Position numbers and translations under genes: made by a program
Shown here: positions 1 to 10,363 of the stretch, in pieces
Position numbering within the stretch: the stretch's first letter is position 1
How the letters are laid out: each line of letters opens with the position of its first letter
Notes under the pieces: generated by a model
Told to the model about the DNA's origin: nothing
Seen by the model: the letters and a program-made list of their open reading frames with translations, nothing else
The model's database searches: none
From: an uncultured Acidobacteriota bacterium
GTDB taxonomy: Bacteria; Acidobacteriota; Thermoanaerobaculia; UBA5066; Gp7-AA6
Reading direction: 5' to 3'
NCBI GenBank assembly: GCA_963832145.1
Contig: CAWHTA010000005.1
Span: 158,477 to 222,476, forward strand
DNA: 64,000 nt

Positions 1-48
1 TCGCGCACGACGCGCAGGCGGCTGAACGATTCGCCCGACTCGCTCACG

Positions 49-810
49 TCAGAACTCGAGCTGGCCCGAAAGGTCGAGCGGGACGGGGACGTCTCCTCGC
101 GGGAGGCGGACGGTCAGGGTGCCGGAGAGCCGCGCCGGTAGGCTTCCGCCGCCGAGGATCCCGCTCCCGGCCGCGCCGAGAAGCTGGCCGTGGTCCACGT
201 CGATCGGGAGGAGAAGCGTGCTCTCCTGGCCGCGCGCGCAGGAGCTTTCCGCGCGTCTGGCCGGTGCCGACGACCCGCGCTCCGGAGGTGAGCCGGTATC
301 GGGTCGACGCGATCGTCAGCGGGAAGGCGAACGGGTTCCGCACGGTGAGGACGGCCTGCGCGGTGCTCTCGCGTGAAACCGACGTCGGTCACCTCGACGG
401 ACGCGAGGCGCAGGAACCGACCCGCGGTCTCCTTCTCCCCTTCCACGCCGATGTCGTCCCACCGCGCCGTGCCGGACCACTCGACCGGGCGCGCCCGCGG
501 CGGTCCGTCCCGACAGCCGGTAGTCGAACGTCTGCGGGCGAAATCGGTTCGCCCAGTCGGAGGGAACGTCCGCGTAGCGGAGCGTCACGGGGAGGCGGAG
601 GCGATCGCCCGTTGCCTTCGCCTGAGAGGTCACGGGTACTTCGGCGGCCGATCCGTTGATGGAGAGTTTCCCGGTGAAGGCCCCGGTGCCGGCCCCCTGT
701 GCAGGCCCGACGAGGGTGGCGGAGAACGTGTCGGCGGGGCCGGGCCGGACGTCGATTTCGACCGGGCGCGCGAGGGTCGCGGCGAGGAGCGTGAGAAGTA
801 GAATCTTCAT
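49..810 (-). pseudogene. LEA_2 (LEA14/NDR1-like) secreted protein; reading frame broken about 3 times
   Basis: ATG at 810 gives an [14 protein letters not shown] signal. The continuation is split over three minus frames (ORFs 316..1737, 114..446, 44..343) and my own translation of 49-240. The core [28 protein letters not shown]...STLLLPIDVDHGQLL resembles an LEA_2 domain. Stop TGA at 49-51. Confidence 0.5.
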
Positions 811-850
811 CGGGAGGGGAAACGCCCGCGGGCCGCGCCCAATTCCGCGA

Positions 851-2464
851 TCACATCCGGAAGACGCCGAACTCGGTCTCGGGGATCGGCGCGTTGTAGG
901 CGGCGGAGAGGGCGAGCGCGAGCGCCGTGCGCGTCTCGGCGGGATCGAGGACGCCGTCGTCCCAGAGCCGCGCCGTCGAGTAGTACGGGTTACCTTCGAG
1001 CTCGTACTTCTCGCGCGTCGGGCGCTCGAACTCGGCGACCTCCGCCGTCCGACATCGCCGGCTTGCCCGCGCGCGCGAGCTGGTCCTGCTTGACTGTCGA
1101 GAGGACGGCCGCCGCCTGCGCGCCGCCCATGACCGAGATGCGCGCGTTCGGCCACATCCAGAGGAAGCGCGGGCTGAAAGCGCGCCCGCACATCCCGTAG
1201 TTGCCGGCGCCGAAGGAGCCGCCGATGACGACGGTGAACTTCGGCACGGCGGCGTTGGCGACCGCGTGGACCATCTTCGCGCCGTCTTTGGCGATGCCGC
1301 CGCGCTCGTAGTCCTTGCCGACCATGAAGCCCGTGATGTTCTGGAGGAAGAGGAGCGGGATCTTCCGGCGCGCGCACATCTGGATGAAGTGCGTCGCTTT
1401 GAGCGCCGACTCCGAGAACAGGATCCCGTTGTTCGCGACGATCGCCGATCGAGAAACCCGAGATCCGTCGCGCGAAGCCGCAGACGAGCGTCGTCCCGTA
1501 GCGCGCCTTGAACTCGTGGAAGCGCGACCCGTCCACGAGGCGCGCGATCACCTCGCGCACGTCGTACGGCTTGCGGACGTCCCGCGGGAGGATCCCGTAG
1601 ATCTCCCTCGCGTCGTAGAGAGGGTCTTCGGGCTCCTCGCGGTCGGCGGGCAGCGTCTTCGACGCCGCCGAGGTTGCCGACGATCGAGCGGGCGATCTCG
1701 AGCGCGTGCGCGTCGTCCTCGGCAAAGTGGTCGGCAACTCCGGAGACGCGGGTGTGCACGTCGGCGCCCCCGAGGTCCTCCGCGGAGACCTCCTCGCCCG
1801 TCGCCGCCTTGACGAGCGGCGGTCCCGCGAGGAAGATCGTTCCCGTCCCCTTGACGATCACGGCCTCGTCGGACATGGCGGGAACGTAGGCGCCTCCCGG
1901 CCGTGCACATTCCCATGACGACGGCGACCTGCGGAATCCGCGCGGCCGACATGCGCGCCTGGTTGTAGAAGATCCGGCCGAAGTGGTCCCGGTCCGGGAA
2001 GACGTCGGCCTGGAGCGGAAGGAACGCGCCGCCCGAGTCCACGAGATAGACGCACGGCAGCCGGTTCTCGAGCGGCGATCTCCTGCGCGCGGAGGTGCTT
2101 CTTGACGGTCATCGGGTAGTACGTGCCGCCCTTGACGGTCGCGTCGTTCGCGATGACCATGACCTCGCGGCCCGAAACCCGCCCGATCCCCGTGACGAGG
2201 CCCGGCGCCGGGCGCGTCGCCCTCGTACATCCCGTGCGCCGCGAGCGGCGACAGCTCGAGGAACGGGCGAGCCCGGGTCGAGCAGCGCATCGACGCGGTC
2301 GCGCACGAACATCTTGTTCTGCTCGGCGTGGCGCTCGCGCCCCGAGCCCCCCGCCCGCGCTTTCGCGAGCTCCTCGCGCAGGCCGCGAACAGGGAATCCA
2401 TCGCGGCGGCGCGCTCGCGGAACTCGGGCGAAGAGGCGTCGATTCGCGAGCCGAGGACGTCCAT
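851..2464 (-). pseudogene. mccB: Methylcrotonyl-CoA/propionyl-CoA carboxylase carboxyltransferase (beta) subunit; at least 8 frame switches
   Basis: Carboxyltransferase segments are scattered over all three minus frames. Examples: [17 protein letters not shown]; [15 protein letters not shown]; [28 protein letters not shown]; [32 protein letters not shown]; [30 protein letters not shown]; [32 protein letters not shown]...[13 protein letters not shown]; C-terminus [17 protein letters not shown]...FGVFRM. Confidence 0.8.
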
Positions 2465-2512
2465 CTCGAGCGCCCGCCGCGCGTCAGCGGCCGGCGAGAA
2501 CGGCCGGCGCGC

Positions 2513-2920
2513 TCATCCGCTCACCCGCTCGCCGACTTCCTTCTGGATGAAGTCCACGAGGGTCTGCGTCGGCGTTCCCGGCAGAAAGATTTCGCGGATC
2601 CCGAGCGCCTTCATCGGCGCGATGTCCTTGTCCGGGATGATGCCGCCCGCGAGCACGAGGATGTCCTCGCCGCGCTTTTCCTTCAGGAGCGCCAGGATCT
2701 CGGGGAAGAGCACGTTGTGCGCGCCCGAGAGGATCGAGAGGCCGACGACGTCGACGTCCTCCTGGATCGCGGCGGTGGCGATCTGCTCGGGGGTCTGCCG
2801 AAGGCCGGAGTAGATGACTTCCATCCCGGCGTCGCGCAGCGCCCGCGCGATGACCTTGGCGCCGCGGTCGTGGCCGTCGAGACCGGGCTTGGCGATCAGG
2901 ACCCGGATCGGCCGCTCCAT
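2513..2920 (-). CDS. Cobalamin (B12)-binding small subunit/domain of an acyl-CoA mutase
   Basis: Intact 135-aa [34 protein letters not shown] carries the DxHxxG B12-binding motif and is typical of the methylmalonyl-CoA mutase C-terminal domain. Confidence 0.85.
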   Translation of the reverse strand: MERPIRVLIAKPGLDGHDRGAKVIARALRDAGMEVIYSGLRQTPEQIATAAIQEDVDVVGLSILSGAHNVLFPEILALLKEKRGEDILVLAGGIIPDKDIAPMKALGIREIFLPGTPTQTLVDFIQKEVGERVSG

Positions 2921-3160
2921 GTCTCGCGCGAGTGTAACCGATCGAGCGGCTCACTCAGCCCCTCACCCCAGCCCTCTCCCCCGAGGGGAGAGGGAGAAGA
3001 GAGCCGACGGGACGGGCTAGGATGGCGCAACCGAAATGAGCCCGACGACCGAACGCCTCGCTGACTGCGGCAGTCCGGCGGACTCGCGCCGCCGGCGGCG
3101 GTCGACTCTGCCGCCCGACCTCGCCGCGAGAGGGCGTCCGGCGTCTCGTTCGTCGGCGCC

Positions 3161-4722
3161 GTGTCGCGTCGGCTCAACCTGTTCTTCATGGCCGTCTCGA
3201 AGCATCGTCGCCGACCCGGCATTCCGGCGAGCGTTCGGCGAGGATCGGCCTCATCGCGTCTCTCGTTGGGCTCGCGCTCGCCGGCCTCGTCGTGCTCCTG
3301 GCTCGAATCCGCGGCTCGACCCGCGAACGATCCTGGACGTCGCTTTCATGTGGGAGATCGTCGACTGCACTCCTCATTTCGGTCACCGACCCACGCTTTC
3401 CGCTCACGATGGACGTGCCCCGCGCGGCTGGTCGGGAGTCGCGGTCTGGGTGCTCGCCTTTCCGCTCGTGATCCCGAATACGCGGGGCAAGGTGATCGCA
3501 GCGACGGTCGCCGCCGGTCGCGATGGACCCGCTCGGCTCTATCTCCAAGTGGCGGCGGGCCTTCCCGCGCCCGACCCGCGGGCCCTCTCGCCGCTTTCGC
3601 GCCCACCGTCGTCGGCGCGGTCATCGGGAATCATCCTGTCCGGGCATCATCTTCCGGATTTCGGTGGAGGCCATCCGCGCGCGCGACCTCGGAAGCTATC
3701 GACTCGTCGAGCCGCTCGGCTCCGGCGGGATGGGCGAGGTCTGGCGCGCCGAGCACGTCATGCTCGCCCGGCCGGCGGCCATCAAGCTGATCCGAACCTC
3801 CGGCTCGGCCGCACCATCGAGGGAGGTCCAGAAGCGGTTCGAGCGGGAGGCACGCGCCACGGCGCGGCTGTCGTCGCCCCACACAGTCCAGGTCTTCGAC
3901 TACGGCACGACCGATGAGGGCACGTTCTATTACGTCATGGAGCTCCTCGACGGCTTCGACCTCGACACGCTCGTAAAGAACTTCGGCCCCGTCCCGCCGG
4001 AGCGCGCCATCTACCTCCTCCGCCAGGCCTGCGACTCGCTCGCCGAAGCGCATGCGCGGGGCCTCATCCACCGCGACATCAAGCCGGCGAACATCTACGT
4101 GTGCCGGTACGGCATCGAGGTCGACTTCATCAAGCTCCTCGACTTCGGTCTCGTGAAGTCGGCGGGCGCCATGGACGCGGCGGACGGAACGTTGACCGCT
4201 GTCGGGACCATCGCCGGCACGCCCGGCTACATGTCGCCCGAGATGGCGCTCGGCAAGAACGTCGGCCCCGAGGCCGACATCTACTCGCTCGGGTGCGTCG
4301 GCTACTGGCTGCTGACGGGACGCCCGGTCTTCGAGCGCGACACGCCGGTCGAGCTCCTGATCGACCACGCGCGCACGGCTCCCCCGCGCTGTCGGAGAGG
4401 GTGACCACGCCCCTGCCCGCAGGGCTCGAGGAGATCTCTGCTCGCGTGCCTCGAAAAGGAGCCGAATCGGCGGCCGGACTCCGCCGTGGACCTGGCGGCG
4501 AGGCTCGAAGAGATCCAGAACCTGGAAGCGTGGACGCCGGAGCGCGCGCGCCGGTTCTGGCACGAGCATCCGGTTCCGGTCGCGGCAACCGCGGAGGCCC
4601 CGACTGTCGCGTTCGACGAGGCGACGCCGCGGGTCGGCCGCGCCGGCTGCCCGGTCGCTTTCAGCGAACGATTCCGCCCGTCTCCGCGAGCTGACGGCCG
4701 AGCTTCTCCTCGACGGACGTGA
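3161..4722 (+). pseudogene. Hanks-type Ser/Thr protein kinase with a frameshifted N-terminal membrane region; start and stop unresolved
   Basis: Kinase core in ORF 3523..4404: LGSGGMGEVWRAEH...AIK, HRDIKPANI, DFGLVK, GTPGYMSPE. The C-terminus continues in two other frames (LSERVTTPLPAGLEE / CLEKEPNRRPDSAVDLAARLEEI). Upstream TM-like pieces (VWVLAFPLVIPNT, IGLIASLVGLALAGLVVLL) lie in different frames. Confidence 0.7.
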
Positions 4723-4984
4723 CGTTGCGGGTGAGCTTGTTCGTCTCGCCCTCCTCGTCCTCGATGCGGATCGTCGTCATCACGTGGCGTGAACCTTCCC
4801 GCGCTCGCGCGTGACACTGCCGGACGACTTCCATCACCTCCGCCCACTCCCCCTCGAGGCAGGTGCCGCTCGGAGTGAACTTGTAGCGGATCCCGGATCG
4901 GTCGACGACGTCCAGGACCTCCGCGATAGCCGTCGAGAGGTGTTCTCCGCGTCCGAGCGGCACGATCGTCAGTTCCGCGAGCAT
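4661..4984 (-). CDS. MTH1187/YkoF-family (DUF77) small protein
   Basis: ATG at 4984. The 107-aa product MLAELTIVPLGRGEHLSTAIAEVLDVVDRSGIRYKFTPSGTCLEGEW... matches the YkoF/MTH1187 pattern. Confidence 0.7.
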   Translation of the reverse strand: MLAELTIVPLGRGEHLSTAIAEVLDVVDRSGIRYKFTPSGTCLEGEWAEVMEVVRQCHARAREGSRHVMTTIRIEDEEGETNKLTRNVTSVEEKLGRQLAETGGIVR

Positions 4985-5036
4985 GGCGTTCCTCCTGCGG
5001 CGCAACACTGCAATCCGTGTTCCGTCAGCCGAATGC

Positions 5037-5115
5037 GTCATCCTGAGCGCAGCGAAGGATCCGCCCGAAACGCCTGCAGATCCGCGGATTCCTCGGCCTT
5101 CGGCCTCGAAATGAC
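5037..5115. repeat. Palindromic intergenic repeat, family A (GTCATCCTGAGCG...GAAATGAC)
   Basis: gtcatcctgagcgcagcgaaggatcc...ggattcctcggccttcggcctcgaaatgac. The arms are imperfect inverted repeats. Related copies at 22322, 36238 and 62799. Confidence 0.75.
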
Positions 5116-5154
5116 AGCAGAGAGAAAGAGCCTCGGAGCGACCGTGGGAAAGGG

Positions 5155-5697
5155 TCACCGCATCCGCCGCGCCATTTCCGCCCACGCGCGCCCGCGGTGC
5201 GAAACGCGGTCCTTCTCCGCCGGCGCCATTTCCGCGAACGTGCGGTCGCTCCCCTCGGGCACGAACAGGGAATCCCACCCGAAGCCCTGCGTCCCTCGCG
5301 GCGCCGCGGCAATCGATCCCTCCGCGACTCCGCGCGCCGTTTCCAGCGTCTCGCCGTCGAAGTACGCGATCGCGCAGACCGCACGCGCGCTCCGGTCGGG
5401 AAAGGCGTCGAGCATGCGCGCGAATCCTTCGAGGCCAGCGGTCTTCTCGAGCCACTTGACGAGCGCTCCCGGAAATCCTCCCCACGAAACAACCGCAAGC
5501 CCGGAGTCCTCGACGACGACGGCGCGCCCGAGGCGTTCGAACGCTGCGCGCGCCTTCGCTTCGGCGACGTCCGCGGGCTCGAGCGCCTGGGGCTCGGGCA
5601 GATCGAGGTCCACGCGTTCGAGCGGGAAACCGAGCCGTTCCGCCTCGAGAGCCTTTTCGGGCCGCCCGGTCACGAACACCGGGACGCGGGGGAACAC
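5155..5697 (-). CDS. rdgB: Non-canonical purine NTP pyrophosphatase (RdgB/HAM1 family)
   Basis: 180-aa ORF with a GTG start. GFGWDSLFVPEGSDRTFAEMAPAEKDRVSHRGRA is the family C-terminal signature. Confidence 0.8.
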   Translation of the reverse strand: MFPRVPVFVTGRPEKALEAERLGFPLERVDLDLPEPQALEPADVAEAKARAAFERLGRAVVVEDSGLAVVSWGGFPGALVKWLEKTAGLEGFARMLDAFPDRSARAVCAIAYFDGETLETARGVAEGSIAAAPRGTQGFGWDSLFVPEGSDRTFAEMAPAEKDRVSHRGRAWAEMARRMR

Positions 5698-5698
5698 G

Positions 5699-7366
5699 CT
5701 AGGACTTGGGACTGACGACTTCCTTCGCGACTTGCGCCTCGATCTCCGGCTCGAGCTCTCCCAGGAGCTTGTAGAGCGGGACCTGCTCGGAAACGCCCTT
5801 CAGCGCGAAATACCCCATCTGGGCGAGGCGGTACCGTCCGCGGATCGCCTCGTATGTCGCGGGGCCGATGACGATGTCGCCGGGCATTGCGACGAACTCC
5901 TCCATCCGCGCGGCGACGTTGACGGCGTTCCCGACGACCGTGTACTCGACGCGCCGCTCCGAGCCGATCTCGCCGACGATCGTCTCGCCGGTATTGAGCG
6001 CCATGCGGACCTCGAGGGGGAGCTCTCCCTGCGCCGCGCGGTCCTGGTTCCACAGCGCGACCTCTTCCCTGAGCTTGAGCGCCGCCGCAACGGACCGGGC
6101 GGCGTGGTCCGGCTGGTCGATGGGGGCGCCGAAGAACGCCATCACCGCGTCCCCGACGAACTTGTCGATCGTGCCATCCTGCGAGAACACGGCATCGGAC
6201 GCGAGCGTGAAGAACCGGTTGAGAAGGCGCGCCAGGTCGGGCGGCGCCATCTTTTCCGACCACGACGTGAACCCGACGAGGTCCGCGAAGAGGATCGTGA
6301 CCGTCTCCGTCCGAACCTCCTTGAACGAGCCGCTGGCCTGTGCGTCCGCGATGATCTCGTCGACGACCTGCGGGGAGTGGTAGCGCTCGAGACGCCCGCG
6401 GATCCGCTTCTCCTCGGCGACGCGGTCGTGCAGCCGCGCACGCTCGATCGCCACCGCCGCGAAGTTCGCGAGCGCCGTCAGGAGGTCGAGGTCCCGCTCG
6501 GTGAACGTGCCGACGTGCATCGGCGAGTCCACGTGGATCACGCCGATCACCGTGTCGCGATACCAGAGCGGCGCGCACATCGCGGAGCGGATCTGCTGGA
6601 TCCGGATGGACTGTCCGGCTTCGAACCGCTCGTCCTGCTGCGCGTCGGAGGTGAGCACCGCGACCTTCTCGCGGACGACCATGTCGACGATCGTTCGCGA
6701 ATAAGGGAGCGAACCGTCCGTCGTCATCCGCTGTCCCGTTTTGAAGCGGCTGATACGGAGCTGAAGGTCGCCCTTCTCCTCGAGAAGCAGGAAACCGCGG
6801 TCGACCGGCAGTTGCTCGAAGATCAAGTCCATGACCCGGTCGAGCACGGTCTCCAGGTCGTCGAGCGAGATCAGCGTCTTCGCGACCTGAACGAGGATCT
6901 CGAAGACCTTGTTCTTGTAGGCGACGTCGAGCACCACGCGCTTGCGGTTTGCTGTCGAATCGGAGAGCGAGACCGGAACCGCTGCCTTTTCGAGCCCGAA
7001 GTCCTGGTTGAACTCCGCGATGGGGCGGATGCACGTCGACGTCGAGTCCACGAGCCGTTGCGGCGGGGTTGCCGCTTCGGGGGGCTCGTCGCGGAACCGC
7101 AGGGTGAACGTACCGATGACCGCCCGGTCCCCGCTCCCGACGGGGGCGCTCGGCACGTGCCGGTCGTTGACGCGGATGCCGTTGGTCGAGTGGTTGTCGT
7201 AAAGGACCCACTCGCCCCCCTCGAGCTTCAGGAGCGCGTGCCGGCGGGAGACCGAGAAGTCGTTCAGAACGATGTCGTTGTCGCTCGACCGCCCGATGGA
7301 GGCATGGGTACCGGTGAGCGTGTAGACCTGGGACCGCCCGTCGGACTCGAAGAGGACCTGGACCAC
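5699..7366 (-). CDS. FHA-GAF-adenylate/guanylate cyclase signalling protein
   Basis: GTG at 7366. N-terminal FHA domain (IGRSSDNDIVLNDFSVSRRHALL...STNGIRVN), a central GAF-like region, and a C-terminal class III cyclase domain (VTILFADLVGFTSWSE...KFVGDAVMAFFGAP...LNTGETIVGEIG). Confidence 0.8.
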   Translation of the reverse strand: MVQVLFESDGRSQVYTLTGTHASIGRSSDNDIVLNDFSVSRRHALLKLEGGEWVLYDNHSTNGIRVNDRHVPSAPVGSGDRAVIGTFTLRFRDEPPEAATPPQRLVDSTSTCIRPIAEFNQDFGLEKAAVPVSLSDSTANRKRVVLDVAYKNKVFEILVQVAKTLISLDDLETVLDRVMDLIFEQLPVDRGFLLLEEKGDLQLRISRFKTGQRMTTDGSLPYSRTIVDMVVREKVAVLTSDAQQDERFEAGQSIRIQQIRSAMCAPLWYRDTVIGVIHVDSPMHVGTFTERDLDLLTALANFAAVAIERARLHDRVAEEKRIRGRLERYHSPQVVDEIIADAQASGSFKEVRTETVTILFADLVGFTSWSEKMAPPDLARLLNRFFTLASDAVFSQDGTIDKFVGDAVMAFFGAPIDQPDHAARSVAAALKLREEVALWNQDRAAQGELPLEVRMALNTGETIVGEIGSERRVEYTVVGNAVNVAARMEEFVAMPGDIVIGPATYEAIRGRYRLAQMGYFALKGVSEQVPLYKLLGELEPEIEAQVAKEVVSPKS

Positions 7367-7431
7367 GGAAAAAGTATAAGTCGGGGAGGCGCTCGAATGC
7401 GGCCCGGCCCCGAGCGCGCGCCGCGGAGTCT

Positions 7432-8469
7432 TTAGCGACCGCTCCGGAGCGTGAACAGGATTCTCACGGCTTTCCGCGAGCGGACGGGCCCGTTGGGCCC
7501 CTCCGCCGGCCGATACCGCCACTCCCGGACCGCGGCCGCCGCGGCTTCCGACAGACCGAACGCGAGTCCGCGAGTGACCTGGACGTCCGTGACGCGGCCG
7601 GTCTCGTCGATCTCGACGTCGAGCACCACGCTTCCCTCCGCCTGCATGCGAATGGCCTGGGGCGGATAGGTCGGATCCACCTTGGATACGAGGACCGCTG
7701 GCGTGAGCACCTCTCCTCCCGACCTTCCGGGCTCCAGGAGCGGCGGGGGCGGCGCGGGCGGAGCCTCCCCCCCTTCCTGCGGATAAAGCGGGTCCTCGAA
7801 GGGCGTCGGCACGGGGGTCGGGACGTCGAGAGTCGCGATGCGGCGAAGCGCACCAGTGCTGTCGGCAACGAGGTTGGGGCTCGTCGGGTCCGTCGGGACC
7901 AGGTCCACGTCGGTCGATGCGACGAATGCGACTCCGTTCGCGCGGTCGCGGTAAGCGAAGTACGCGTGATCGACGGCGTGAATCGGGATCACGGTTCCCT
8001 TGGCGAGGACGCCCGCGCGGGGGGCGAGCGGGAAGGGCGCGAGAAGCACCGGCGTCTGCTCGCCGACCACTCCGTAAACGGGGGGGAACGAGAGGATCTT
8101 TTTCGCCCTCTCCTCGCGGGACTCGCGGTCCACCTCGCGCTCCACTTCCACGGCGCGGAGGAAACCGCTCGACCCTCCGCTTCGCACTTCGAGCCACACC
8201 CCGCGATCGGCGATCACGCGGACCTCGTCGCCGCGCTCGACTTTCGCGACGCTCGGCGCGCGCTCCGAGGCCTCCTTGCGGACCTCCGCCTGAGGCACGG
8301 TCACGATCGCCGACGTCTCTTCGGATGTCGCCGCCGGTCCCCGCCGGTCTCGCCCGGCGAGAACGAGCAGCGCGACGAGCGCCACTGTCGCGCCCGCCAC
8401 GAGGAGCGCGCGCCTCCACGCGCGGAGGATCGTCGTCCGGGGTCCGGGCGCGGCGCCCCGGTCGCTCAA
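7432..8469 (-). CDS. TonB C-terminal-domain protein with N-terminal TM anchor, SH3-like middle and Pro-rich linker
   Basis: 345-aa ORF whose TTG start overlaps the argF stop (TTGA). C-terminus PAVLVSKVDPTYPPQAIRMQAEGSVVLDVEIDETGRVTDVQV...AAVREWRYRPA is TonB_C-like. Confidence 0.7.
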   Translation of the reverse strand: MSDRGAAPGPRTTILRAWRRALLVAGATVALVALLVLAGRDRRGPAATSEETSAIVTVPQAEVRKEASERAPSVAKVERGDEVRVIADRGVWLEVRSGGSSGFLRAVEVEREVDRESREERAKKILSFPPVYGVVGEQTPVLLAPFPLAPRAGVLAKGTVIPIHAVDHAYFAYRDRANGVAFVASTDVDLVPTDPTSPNLVADSTGALRRIATLDVPTPVPTPFEDPLYPQEGGEAPPAPPPPLLEPGRSGGEVLTPAVLVSKVDPTYPPQAIRMQAEGSVVLDVEIDETGRVTDVQVTRGLAFGLSEAAAAAVREWRYRPAEGPNGPVRSRKAVRILFTLRSGR

Positions 8470-9395
8470 ACCGCGCTCTCAAGGAGGGTGACGAGAAGCG
8501 CCTTCTGCGCGTGCAGGCGGTTCTCCGCCTGGTCGAAAACGGCGGAGGAAGGCGAGTCGATCACCTCCGCCTCGACCTCCTCGCCGCGGTGCGCCGGCAG
8601 GCAGTGGAGAAAGATCGCGTCCGGAGCGGCCATCTTCATCACGCGACGCGTGACGCGATAGGGCTCGAACCTGCCCGCGCGTTTCGCCGCTTCGTCTTCC
8701 TGGCCCATGGACGCCCACACGTCCGTGTAGACGGCCCGCGCGCCCGCCGTGCCTTCCTCGATCGAGTTCGTGACGAGAACGGAACCGCCCGTCTCCTGCG
8801 CCGTCGATCGCGCCCACTCGACAACTTCCGGCAACGGCTCGAACCCGGGAGGGGTGACGACAGCGACCTTCGCTCCCAGCTTGGCCCCCGTCAGGAGAAG
8901 GCTGTGCGCGACGTTGTTGCCGTCGCCGACGTACGCGAGCGGGAATCCGCGCGCCGAGCCGAACCGCTCCCGAACTGTTTGGAAGTCCGCGAGGGCCTGG
9001 CAGGGATGGAGCAGGTCCGAAAGCCCGTTGATGACGGGGATCGAAGCCCCTTCCGCGAGCCCTTCGATCGTCGCGTGCGCGAAGGTGCGCGCCATGATCC
9101 CGTCGACGTAGCGCGAGAGGACCCGCGCGGTGTCGGAGATCGGCTCGCCCCGCCCGAGCTGGAGGTCGCGGGACGAGAGGAACATCCCGAGACCGCCGAG
9201 CTGGAACATCCCGGTCTCGAACGAGACGCGGGTCCGCGTGGACGACTTCTCGAAGATCATCGCGAGCGTTTTTCCGGCGAGGGCCGTGCGCCACTTCGCG
9301 GGTTCCGCCTTGACGCGGGAAGCGAGGTCGAGCACCGCCTCGATGTCGGCCGGCGCCCAGTCGTTTTCGTTGACGTAGTCCCTCTTCCTGGTCAT
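8466..9395 (-). CDS. argF: Ornithine carbamoyltransferase
   Basis: ATG at 9395. Motifs FEKSSTRTRVSFE, HPCQALAD and FLHCLPAHRGEE. Confidence 0.9.
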   Translation of the reverse strand: MTRKRDYVNENDWAPADIEAVLDLASRVKAEPAKWRTALAGKTLAMIFEKSSTRTRVSFETGMFQLGGLGMFLSSRDLQLGRGEPISDTARVLSRYVDGIMARTFAHATIEGLAEGASIPVINGLSDLLHPCQALADFQTVRERFGSARGFPLAYVGDGNNVAHSLLLTGAKLGAKVAVVTPPGFEPLPEVVEWARSTAQETGGSVLVTNSIEEGTAGARAVYTDVWASMGQEDEAAKRAGRFEPYRVTRRVMKMAAPDAIFLHCLPAHRGEEVEAEVIDSPSSAVFDQAENRLHAQKALLVTLLESAV

Positions 9396-10363
9396 TCGGT
9401 TCTCCAGATTACCGTGCCCGTTTCTCCCTCGAGAGCCGCGGGGAGCGACTCGGCCCGCGTGATGAGCACTTCGCGGCCGCCCGACTCGACGAAGCGGATC
9501 GCGGCGTCGATCTTCGGCCCCATGCTTCCCGGCGGGAACTGGCCTTCCGCGAGAAGCGCCCGGGCTGTCGCGACGTCGAGGCGTGCGAGCGGGGTCTCGG
9601 TGGGCTTCCCGAAGTCCCGCGAAACGCGGTCGACGCCGGTGAGGATCACGAAGAGGTCCGCGGAAAGCGCCGACGCCAGCATCGCGGCCGCGTAGTCCTT
9701 GTCGATCACCGCTTCGACCCCGCGCAACTCTCCCTCCTCGGGCTCGACGACCGGAACTCCGCCGCCGCCGGCCGCGATCACGATGTACCCGCGGTTGACG
9801 AGCGACGACACGACGTCGACGCTCCGCACCGCCAGCGGCTTGGGTGACGCAACGACTTTCCGCCACCCCCGACCCGAGTCCTCGATCATCTTCCACCCGG
9901 CCGTCTTCTGCATGATTTCCGCCCGCTCTTTCGAGAAGAACGGACCGATCGGCTTGGACGGTTTCAGGAATGCGGGATCGGCGGCATCCACCTCGACCTG
10001 CGTGACGAGCGTGACGACGCGTTTGCGAAACCCGGCGGCCTTCAGCTCGTTGTCGAACGCGAGCTCGATCAGGAATCCCATCGAGCCCTGGGTCTGCGCG
10101 ACGCAGACGTCGAGCGTCTGCGCCGGCACGCGCTCGGCCGCGAGCTCCGCCTGCAGGAGGAGGTTGCCGACCTGGGGCCCGTTTCCGTGGACGACGATCA
10201 GCTCGTATCCGCGGTTGAGGATCGGCAGGAGCTGACGAACGGCCTCGCGCGCCCGCTCGAGCTGGACCCGCGTCCCGCCGTCGTCTTCCGGCCGGAGCAG
10301 GGCGTTGCCGCCGAAGGCGACGACGGCGAGCGGACGGACAAACGAGAAGAACGGAGTGCTCAT
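9392..10363 (-). CDS. arcC: Carbamate kinase
   Basis: ATG at 10363. Motifs AFGGNALL, VVHGNGPQVG, GGGGVPV and DKDYAAAMLA. ATGA overlaps on both sides. Confidence 0.9.
   Translation of the reverse strand: MSTPFFSFVRPLAVVAFGGNALLRPEDDGGTRVQLERAREAVRQLLPILNRGYELIVVHGNGPQVGNLLLQAELAAERVPAQTLDVCVAQTQGSMGFLIELAFDNELKAAGFRKRVVTLVTQVEVDAADPAFLKPSKPIGPFFSKERAEIMQKTAGWKMIEDSGRGWRKVVASPKPLAVRSVDVVSSLVNRGYIVIAAGGGGVPVVEPEEGELRGVEAVIDKDYAAAMLASALSADLFVILTGVDRVSRDFGKPTETPLARLDVATARALLAEGQFPPGSMGPKIDAAIRFVESGGREVLITRAESLPAALEGETGTVIWRTE

Noticed and set aside
2940-3010. Hairpin-forming motif ccctctcccccgaggggagaggg (translating as PSPPRGEGE) upstream of the B12-subunit gene
   Set aside because: There is only a single copy in the window. 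It is probably another short palindromic intergenic element or a terminator-like hairpin, with insufficient evidence to assign a family or function.
4811-7435. 874-aa plus-strand ORF (similar cases: 21818..24895 minus at 1,025 aa, the N-terminal two-thirds of 48523..51546, much of 50473..54186, 23389..25770, and 10429..12102)
   Set aside because: They give Arg/Pro/Gly/Asp-rich low-complexity translations, typical of out-of-frame or antisense ORFs in ~70% GC DNA. Each overlaps a gene with clear family motifs on the other strand or in another frame.
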